Virus record (IMG/VR): IMGVR_UViG_3300022700_000278
Location: 1 to 64,000 of that record
Length of the DNA: 64,000 nt
Strand: one strand, 5' to 3'
DNA from: a virus
Positions 1 through 7,600 of this stretch are shown piece by piece (within the stretch, counting starts at the first letter, position 1; each line of letters opens with the position of its first letter). Under the pieces are notes generated by a model. The model had not been told where the DNA came from. It did not search any database and was given only the letters and a program-made list of their open reading frames with translations. The position numbers and the translations under genes are program-made.

Positions 1-435
1 GACTTTGGTCTTGCCGAAAACCTCGGCATTGCCGCAGACCTTGGCCTCGCCGGAGACCACGGTCTTGCCGGCGACCTTGGCATTGCCGAAGACCTCGGCG
101 TTGCCGAAGACCTTGGCATTGTCGAAGACCTCGGCGTTGCCGTAGACCTTGGCATTGCCGAAGACCTCGGTCTCGCCGCAGATCACGGCTTTGCCGGAGA
201 CCAAGGCGCCGCCGTAGATCTTAGCGCTGTCGCAGATCACGGCTCTGCCGGAGACCGTGGCTTCGCCGGCGATTTTGGCATTGCCGCAGATCTTGGCATT
301 GCCGGAGACCACGGCGTTGGGGCCGACTGTCGCGTTCGGCCCAACCCAGCCACCGAGCGAGCTGTCTTTCAGCTCCACTCGGTGGAGCGTCTCTCCCTTC
401 CAGGAGAGAGCGGGCAAGTCTTTTCGAACCTTCAT
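1..435 (-). CDS. Hexapeptide-repeat (left-handed beta-helix-like) protein, 3'-truncated by the window edge
   Basis: Not in the ORF track. ATG at 435 has AGGAGG 5 nt upstream. Translation MKVRKDLPALSWKGETLHRVELKDSSLGGWVGPNATVGPNAVVSGNAKICGNAKIAG... continues as [NE]A[KE]V[FYS]G hexads, open to position 1. Confidence 0.85.
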   Translation of the reverse strand, partial: MKVRKDLPALSWKGETLHRVELKDSSLGGWVGPNATVGPNAVVSGNAKICGNAKIAGEATVSGRAVICDSAKIYGGALVSGKAVICGETEVFGNAKVYGNAEVFDNAKVFGNAEVFGNAKVAGKTVVSGEAKVCGNAEVFGKTKV

Positions 436-642
436 CGCTTCCTCCTAGAGAGGGGGGACGAGATCATTGGCCCTCGTCCTTTGGCCAGCGCCGGTTTGGT
501 TACCGGCACGCCCCATTAAGCCCGACTTGCACGGGCATCTGAAGTTATGTCACCTTGTGTGATATATCTTCAGACGGGACGACTCCTTTTTGTTCCCCGT
601 GGAGTCAGAGGACTAGAGGTTTTGGGTAATCTTTGAGAGCCT

Positions 643-795
643 CTAGGTTTCCTTTTTAAGGCGTATCGCCCGGAAATCTCTCAAAGCGGCCCATCTACAA
701 TAGCCTAAGCTATTGCCACCGGCTGGGCTTTCTCCTATGTGGAGGTGTGGTGCGGGGCTGGGTTCCCATCCCAGCTTACCGCTAAGAACAATCAT
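643..795 (-). CDS. Small hypothetical protein (50 aa, MIVLSGKLGW...)
   Basis: AAGGAGG 8 nt before the ATG at 795; lies downstream of tRNA-like leader copy 1. Confidence 0.55.
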   Translation of the reverse strand: MIVLSGKLGWEPSPAPHLHIGESPAGGNSLGYCRWAALRDFRAIRLKKET

Positions 796-836
796 TCCTT
801 TTTCCTCCTTGGAACATGAGGGCAGAGTTGCCCTAT

Positions 837-884
837 AGGACCGCAAGGAATCGAACCTTGCTAGACGGCACCAGCCGCGGCCCT
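837..884 (-). ncRNA. tRNA-like element without anticodon arm, copy 1
   Basis: Minus strand AGGGCC-GCGGC(TGGT)GCCGT-CTA-GCAAGG(TTCGATT)CCTTGC-GGTCCT; 53-bp direct repeat of 1296-1348 with one mismatch. Confidence 0.7.
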
Positions 885-1022
885 CATATTATGTAGCCTT
901 CCCAAGAGAGAAGGCGGAAGTTCCCTTCCTCCTTATACGGGTCTAGGATTTCGCCTCGTTGCATGCACGGGTAATGCATGCGAGGTTACTTCCCGATTTC
1001 AGAGGCGATGACGGAAGAGGAA

Positions 1023-1229
1023 CTAGTCCTCCTTCGTCATCTTGTCCACCAGCTTGCCGACGTACTGGTCGAAGGCAAGCTGTTGGTCGATGACCTGCCC
1101 GGCGAGCTGGGCCGAACGCTTCCGCTCGGCCGCCAGCTCGCGCTCCAGGACCTCGATCTCGCCGACCAACTTTTCAGCCGGCCGACGCAGTCGGATCTGG
1201 TGGTACAGGTCCTCGCTGCTTCTCCGCAT
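1023..1229 (-). CDS. Small coiled-coil hypothetical protein (68 aa, MRRSSEDLYHQ...)
   Basis: AAAGGGGA upstream of the ATG at 1229; heptad-like charged sequence; follows leader copy 2. Confidence 0.65.
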   Translation of the reverse strand: MRRSSEDLYHQIRLRRPAEKLVGEIEVLERELAAERKRSAQLAGQVIDQQLAFDQYVGKLVDKMTKED

Positions 1230-1300
1230 GCGAGTCCCCTTTCTGCCCCTATGTCCTGCCTTGTCAGGAGGGGCCTTGATGGGTGCAATATTGCACCTAT

Positions 1301-1348
1301 AGGACCGCAAGGAATCGAACCTTGCTAGACGGCACCAGCCGCGGTCCT
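1301..1348 (-). ncRNA. tRNA-like element without anticodon arm, copy 2
   Basis: AGGACC/GGTCCT closing stem, small TGGT hairpin, T-arm GCAAGG-TTCGATT-CCTTGC. Confidence 0.7.
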
Positions 1349-1392
1349 TATCGAGCAGTATGTTTAATGTCCTTGCTCAGAGGACAGGGGGG

Positions 1393-1599
1393 CTAGCGCT
1401 GCTCGACCCAGCAGCGCCAACCCTTCCGGGGGCGCCCGCTATCCCTGACCACCTCACCGGTGGTCAGGTAATAGCGGTCTCCGAACGGGCAGAACTGTGC
1501 GGAGGTCTCCCCCCGCACGACTGCCCCGTCCAGCTCGCCCTTGTAGACGAGCTGGGCCTTGCGGCTGGGCCGCCTCACGAACACGGCGAAGGTTGCCAT
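1393..1599 (-). CDS. Small hypothetical protein (68 aa, MATFAVFVRR...)
   Basis: AAGGAGG 6 nt before the ATG; follows leader copy 3. Confidence 0.7.
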   Translation of the reverse strand: MATFAVFVRRPSRKAQLVYKGELDGAVVRGETSAQFCPFGDRYYLTTGEVVRDSGRPRKGWRCWVEQR

Positions 1600-1653
1600 A
1601 ACCTTCCTCCTTGGGGCATATGGCCCCGGTTGGTGGTGCGGTATTGCACCTAG

Positions 1654-1716
1654 TGCCCAGGTAGGGAATCGAACCCTACATTTTCCTCACCTAGCCTACT
1701 AGGATATCTCTGGGCA
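1654..1716 (-). ncRNA. tRNA-like element without anticodon arm, divergent copy 3
   Basis: TGCCCAG/CTGGGCA closing stem, CCTAG(TAGG)CTAGG hairpin, T-arm GTAGGG-TTCGATT-CCCTAC. Confidence 0.65.
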
Positions 1717-2160
1717 GGAGAGAGCAGTTTAGTGTCTATGCTCAGGACTGGGGGGTAGCTGTGTGTGACACACGCAGTGCTCCGGTGGGGTTCCACGCTG
1801 ACCTGGGACAGCAGTACTGTCCACTGGCACAGCGCAGTCACACGCAGCTTTTCTTTTCGGCGGGGAGACAACAACGACCACGTAGAATACAGTTACAGAC
1901 AGGGGGCTGTCTGTAGCACACAGTACCTAGTCTTTATGTGGTGCTCTAGGTACTGGCTAGCACGCTGTTCTCAGGACTTCTCCTGCAGGGTGCTAATCTT
2001 CTCATCATAGAGCAGGCCTGTTTTTTTTAGCAGGCGCTAGGCTGTGTATAGCACTGATAACTAGCACGTCCGCAGACAGAGCTATCTCTGTCTGGTCACA
2101 CATGACATGCTGTTACAGGATGAACTTCACATCCTTTCAGTGATGCATACGTGGTCAGTG

Positions 2161-2216
2161 AGCTTCAACTTCAACTTCAGCTTCAGATGTAGATGTGATG
2201 TAGATGTAACTGTAAC
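2161..2216. repeat. Short hexamer tandem repeats (CTTCAA/CTTCAG, then GATGTA)
   Basis: agcttcaacttcaacttcagcttcagatgtagatgtgatgtagatgtaactgtaac. Confidence 0.7.
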
Positions 2217-2425
2217 GTTGGAACAAATATCTCTAGCCCAGGTGTCTCTCTGCCCAGACAGCAGAGACCTGAGAGATATTCGTTATCTCACTTTTCTTTT
2301 TTCTCGCTGCGTATCCATCAGTGAGTACGGATACTGTCGGAGCGCACCAGGACTGGGTCGCACAGCGACCCCCCGGGCTCCGAACGCGAGAAGACATCCT
2401 TGCGGACATCATTACTACTAGGTCA

Positions 2426-2508
2426 TGAAAATATAATTTTTTGGTTTTATTTTTGTGAAAATATAATTTTTTGGTTTTATTTTTGTGAAAATATAATTTT
2501 TTGGTTTT
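2426..2508. repeat. AT-rich 30-bp tandem repeat, about 2.8 copies
   Basis: Unit TGAAAATATAATTTTTTGGTTTTATTTTTG at 2426 and 2456, partial at 2486. Confidence 0.95.
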
Positions 2509-2682
2509 TTATTGCAGAATATGCTCTTTTTTTTTTGGGGGGAGCGTAGTTTTATAGGGGTTTTCATAGAGATATATTTTTCTTGAACTTCTTTTTATAG
2601 GCTTTTTTTATATATTTTTTTTTGCGCGCGCTGGTTTATAGGGGGTATTTTTTCTTCTTGTGGTGTATTTTTGCTGGATTAG

Positions 2683-2711
2683 TTGACAGGAGGATAGGCG
2701 GAGGTTATATT
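2683..2711 (+). promoter_or_regulatory. Sigma70/sigmaA-type promoter
   Basis: TTGACA (2683-2688), 17-bp spacer, TATATT (2706-2711), upstream of the Hsp20 gene. Confidence 0.8.
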
Positions 2712-2772
2712 AAGAGCAAGATAACCGAGCCACGTTATATGAAGCGTGGCCCTTGATGACAAGGAGGGAGTT

Positions 2773-3189
2773 ATGTTTTTAGAGACGTTTGTTCCAAGCC
2801 GACCTGCTTCCAGTTCTTACCTTAACCTTATGGATTTTCTTTTTTATCATTGGCCCAAGGAGGATCCCAAGCCTCCTGCGGCCTGGCGCCCCAAGAAAAA
2901 TAGCCAAGGAGAAGTTGTGGGGGCGGAGATCCAGCTTGCGCTGGCTGGGTTCAAGGAGGAAGATCTATCTGTGTATGCCAGCGGGCGCCAATTGGTAGTC
3001 GAGGGAAGCAACATGGACAGAGAGGACGTAAACTTAAAGTGGAGAGCGGAGTTCTCCAAGAAGTTTTCTCTCCAGGAGCGGCTTGACATCAAGAACGCGG
3101 AAGTAGAATTTTATGATGGGCTTTTGTCTATCAGCATTCCGCTAGAGGAGTCGGCAAAGAAGGCTATTCCGTTGTTTGGAAAGAAATGA
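2773..3189 (+). CDS. hsp20: Small heat-shock protein (Hsp20/alpha-crystallin family)
   Basis: LALAGFKEEDLSV..LVVEG..FSKKFSL..AEVEFYDGLLSISIP pattern; SD AAGGAGG before the ATG at 2773 (track start 2746). Confidence 0.9.
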   Translation: MFLETFVPSRPASSSYLNLMDFLFYHWPKEDPKPPAAWRPKKNSQGEVVGAEIQLALAGFKEEDLSVYASGRQLVVEGSNMDREDVNLKWRAEFSKKFSLQERLDIKNAEVEFYDGLLSISIPLEESAKKAIPLFGKK

Positions 3190-3230
3190 TAAAATAGGAC
3201 ACAGAACGATAACAGAGAAAGGATGGTTCT

Positions 3231-3563
3231 GTGTCGATAAAGAAGAAAGCTCCTTCAAGTTCCCAGTCCTTTCTTTATGTGAACCATGCCAAGTGGATGG
3301 CCATCGTTTTGACCATGATAGGGATGGTGGCTGCTGCTCTTGTATGGGCGTCTGACGAGCATCTTTCGATAAAAGATTTTGCTGCGGAGAAGGCAATAGA
3401 AGCCAGACGCGAAGCAACGGAGCAAGCGAGAGACAGGTGTTCGACGAAGGAAAGGGTTTCTAGGATAGAAACTTGCCAAGAGATCTTGGTAAAAAAGATA
3501 GACGTGATAGAGAGCCAGGTCAATGACATTCACAAGTTATTGATCAAAGGGAAGAACAAATGA
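3231..3563 (+). CDS. Single-TM plus coiled-coil membrane protein (holin/XhlA-like architecture possible)
   Basis: Hydrophobic WMAIVLTMIGMVAAALVWA followed by a coiled-coil tail. Confidence 0.55.
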   Translation: MSIKKKAPSSSQSFLYVNHAKWMAIVLTMIGMVAAALVWASDEHLSIKDFAAEKAIEARREATEQARDRCSTKERVSRIETCQEILVKKIDVIESQVNDIHKLLIKGKNK

Positions 3564-3829
3564 CAGACGATCCGCTGTTGGTGTTACATCAGCTAAAGAA
3601 AGAGCTATCTTCTTTTATGCGCCCGCAGGTGCTGGAAAAAGCGGCAGATTTGCTGGAGGCGTTGGGAGAGGGAGGATACCTGGACAGGTATGAATATTTC
3701 ATCAAGCACAGCAGGTTCAAGGAAGACTGCAGGTACACTCAGCTTTCGAAAGAGTTGTTTTTGAAGGAAGATGCGCCGACGGCGAAGGAGCTCGTCGCGT
3801 GGCTATATAAAAACTGGGTCCAAGGCTAG
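3560..3829 (+). CDS. Hypothetical protein
   Basis: ATGA overlap with the upstream gene. Confidence 0.7.
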   Translation: MTDDPLLVLHQLKKELSSFMRPQVLEKAADLLEALGEGGYLDRYEYFIKHSRFKEDCRYTQLSKELFLKEDAPTAKELVAWLYKNWVQG

Positions 3830-3843
3830 TCTTCGAGGACAAT

Positions 3844-4602
3844 ATGGGCGGAAAAGGTTCTGGAAAAATAGAGAAGGAGGCCTTGGTAGGCCTAGACGGA
3901 AAGATTTTTCATTCCGACGGGACTATTACGAAGACAGAGATGTTCGAGTTCCTCGAAGTGGACTTGGACGATTACGGCGACATCCAGATGACCTCGGAAG
4001 AGGCACAGCGCTTCGTAAACCACGTAAAGCGAATGAAAACTGGAGTAGCTGCATTTGTTCCAAAGCTATGTCCGGGAAACAAAAAATGTCCTCTTGGAGA
4101 CAGGTGTCCGTTTACGGAGAGGTTTCCTCTTGGCCGTCCTTGTCCTCTCGAAGTAAACTATATAAAGGCGCGAACGAAGAACTATATAGAGACTCTAGAG
4201 GTAGAGCCAGATAATGCATTCGAGATGTCTCTGGTGAATACGCTCGTAGAGTGTGATTTATTTGAGTATAGAGTAAATATAGCATTGGCGGGGGACGAGG
4301 ATGCTTCGATGTCATTGCTAGAAAAAGCTATTATGCAAAACGAAAATGGAACGGAGACGGAGATGGTCCGCCCTCATTCTCTGCTTTCTGTGAAGGAAAC
4401 GCTGCATAGAAAAAGATCCAAGATCTTGGAGATGTTTGCTGTGACGAGACAGCAGGAATACAAAAAGGCAGCGGCGCTGGGAAAAGAGACAAAAACGGAT
4501 GCTTCGAATCAGATGTCCAAGATGAGAGAGCTAGCGGACAAGCTGATAAGAGTAAGCGAAGTCAACCCTGCTGGCCTGGACGACGAGCTAGAAGAGAAGT
4601 GA
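3844..4602 (+). CDS. Cys-cluster helical protein (terminase small subunit is possible, unproven)
   Basis: CPGxxxCPLxxxCPF..CPLE motif, helical C-terminus, SD GAGGA. Confidence 0.6.
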   Translation: MGGKGSGKIEKEALVGLDGKIFHSDGTITKTEMFEFLEVDLDDYGDIQMTSEEAQRFVNHVKRMKTGVAAFVPKLCPGNKKCPLGDRCPFTERFPLGRPCPLEVNYIKARTKNYIETLEVEPDNAFEMSLVNTLVECDLFEYRVNIALAGDEDASMSLLEKAIMQNENGTETEMVRPHSLLSVKETLHRKRSKILEMFAVTRQQEYKKAAALGKETKTDASNQMSKMRELADKLIRVSEVNPAGLDDELEEK

Positions 4603-4608
4603 TGTTAT

Positions 4609-7600
4609 TTGTCCTTTATGGGAAAGGCTGAAGAGCGGTTCTTTCGCTACGTAGAATCTCTAGAAAAAGAGCTAGAGAACAAGCCTGCGTTCCAGGACTA
4701 TAGGAGAGAGGTATCGGAGTACCTGGTAAGGCACTCTGATTCTATTGCGGCATACTCTCCGGAACAACTCATATCAGAAGCGTCGTCTTTCGAGGAGCTT
4801 CTTGCTCTTCGGGGGTTTCTGCGAGACAAGTTTGGAAACGAACAGGGCTGGTGGAGCTATTATCACGAGAAGAGAAGAGAGCTTGCCACGGCGCCCAGTT
4901 ACTATGGAAAAGGAAAGTTTGGAGTCCCGGTAAATCCGCAGGTTTTTCATAGACACTGGGGAAAGGGACAGCAGTCGGCGATAATACAAAGAGATCTGCT
5001 TCCTCAGCAGTTATCCTATACTCAAATAACGGGACGAGAGCCTCTGTGGCATGCAAAAGAGGGGAGGATACCGAAAGGATTTTCTCAGCCTCTTTCTTTC
5101 AAGCCGAGCCGAGCAGACAAGTATTTTTCTTTTGATATAGAAACGACGGGCCTGCTACATCAGCTAAGAAGCCCAAAAACGGGCTCTCAAAGAGGGCTTT
5201 ATTCTATAGGCTGGGTTTCGGAAGAAGGAACTGGAGAGTGGTTCCAGCGACAGCTTGCGCCAAGAGCAAAAGGAAAATGGGCGGGACAGCCTGGGACGAG
5301 ACCGTTCTACGGATATGAAGTAGAAGAGATCGTCTCCAAAGGACAGAAGGTTGCGGCTTCTCTTCCAATGGAGGTCCAGGAGGTAGCAGGAGAGAAAGAA
5401 CTTCTGGCAGGATTCTTGAAGAGCTTGAAGAAACAACCCAAGGATAGGGTGCTTCTCGGGTTCAACATAGAGAAGTTCGACATTCCATTCCTGAAGGCAA
5501 TCGCTTATCGTCATGGCCGAGAAAAAGAGCTAGAGGCTGCGTTAAAAGGAAGAAAAGTTGTTGATGTAGCAGAAGAGACGAAGGGGTTCTTGTCTCAGCA
5601 GCTCTCTGGTAAATATCTTGGCTGGCAGCGCTCTATGTTCGAAGACATGGGGCTCTCTCCAAAGGGATGGACGCTGGAGTCTATCGCGCACGCCCTGGGG
5701 TACCAAGCCAAAGAAGGGGCGGTAGCCCATACCCCAAAAACAGACGCCTCTATGGCTGCTTTTGTCCACGAAACTTTATCGGACGAGAGAAAAGCTAAAA
5801 AGATATGGAGAGCAGGCGGAGAACAAAGGTATTTGAAGTTCCTCGCAGAAAGAGGGACAACCCTTACTCCGTTGTCTGCCATAGAAGACATGACAGAGGT
5901 CCGGGCCGGAGGCGTGTATATGAAGCCCCAGGCCGCCCTGTCTCCCGAAACCTATGAGACTCCTCTTCTCTCTAGGTTGTCGGCCAAGTACGGAGCTCGA
6001 GATCCCAGCCCTCTTCCCGTCCCGGTAGCCGAGCCGGCGAGCCCTAAAACGTTTGCTGTCTCTCCTCGTGTGAAAAAGGCGGCAAGGATTGGGGCAAAGG
6101 GACTAAAGTATCTTGGCGCGACAGCTCTTCTCGGAGCAGCTCTGCCTGGCCAAGGAACTAGCAACTTCTTTGGCGCTGGAGCTTCTATTGCATCGTGGAA
6201 GCTCGTCGCGAAACAAAAGGGGAACATTGCTACGAGAGCCCTCGCCGCGGGTGTTTCGTATGCGGCAGTAAAAGGCCTGGCTCCGGGATCCTTTGACAGC
6301 ATGTCCAAGGGAGGAATGTCTGAGGCGATAAGACACTATCAGACAGACTTTGGCTCTCCCTGGCAGGGCCCCAAGGTTTCTGGTCCGCTATCTATTAGCT
6401 TGATGGCAGGGGCCGGGCTTGCTCTTGGTACTGGAGCTGCCATTCTGGCATTTTCCTCTGTTGAAGGAGAGGAGCCGCCGAAACAAGAAAAAGTCCATGG
6501 TCAATACATTGATCCGGAGATCATGGAGTTCAGAAAGAAGTGGATCAAAGCGCCGGGAAAACGAAGAGAGCTGGAGAGGATAAAGGATGAAGCTTATGAG
6601 CCGATGCAGCCCGGAGATCTGGAGGACTGGAGGCTAAAAGATAAAAGAGGAAAGCTGGCTCGGGTAGATCTGAGTGGACTCACCCCTGTGTGGGAGGACG
6701 TGGACACGCTTCTTCTGGAGCAGCCTTGGTACAAGCCGTGGAAGAGAGACATCGGTATTCGCCTAACCGGCATAGATGCCCCAGAGATCGAGCACCCAGA
6801 CGATCCTGTTCCGTGGACAAGAAGAAAGCAGTCGCAGCCCTTTGGAAAAGAAAGCGTCGAAAAGCTAAAAGAGCTTATTGGAGACGAAAAACTAGAAGTA
6901 TATGTGGCCTCTGACCCAGATCAGAGAACGTATAAAAGATATCTTGGTGCGATCTTCAGAGAAGGCTCTGAGGTTCCACTCAATGTCGAGGCTGTTCAAA
7001 GAGGACTTGCTGCGGCGTTGCCCTGGGGGGAGTCTGGGACAGACATAATTCCTCGAGAACAGCTTATCCGAGAAGAACAAGAAGCTGCTTTTGCTCGCCG
7101 AGGGATGTGGAAGGAAGAGTTCTGGCAGAGATACCTGGATCTGTCTGTTGGAGCGGGCCGAAGAGTAACTTTTACGTCATTCTCTGACCTGTCTAGGCTA
7201 GCAGCTAACTTACACCTTGCTGCGGCAGAAGAGTTAATGAGCAGGGACGATATCGAGTATCAGCCTTGGATGGGAAGGTATATCGGCGGAAAGCTAAACG
7301 TCAACTATTCCGGCAGCGCAAGTTCTGGTACGAGAAACAAAATAGACGCTCTTCACTATGGTTCTACGAATAGCATGGGTGCCTTATCTATGAAGGCGCA
7401 TTCTGACTTTGGTTCTGGTGTGGTCAAGGGAGCGTTGAAGAGGACGGGTTCCTGGTTTAAATCCATGTGGGAAAGAGTCAGGGGCATCAAGAAAAAAGGA
7501 GGAACGCTTACAGAGAAAGGGGCTATTCTAAAGGGAGAGAGGGCGTTTGCCGAGATGAAGCGCAGAGGCCTTTTCTCAAAAAAAGCTCAAGAACGGGAGC

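Noticed and set aside
900-1020. Hammerhead ribozyme (hairpin followed by CGAAA on the minus strand)
   Set aside because: No CUGANGA core in the required position
832-1348. CRISPR array from the 53-bp direct repeat
   Set aside because: Only two near-identical copies, about 410 bp apart, with an ORF between them; no cas genes
837-1716. Canonical tRNA genes (GGTTCGATTCC motifs)
   Set aside because: Only 48-63 nt, no anticodon stem with a 7-nt loop and no CCA; reported as tRNA-like elements instead
257-2421. Plus-strand ORFs 257-448, 978-1328, 1360-1653, 1765-2010 and 2107-2421
   Set aside because: Antisense shadows of minus-strand genes that have SDs, or low-complexity ORFs without an SD in the hairpin tract
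2426-2508. CRISPR array from the 30-bp repeats
   Set aside because: The copies are contiguous with no spacers
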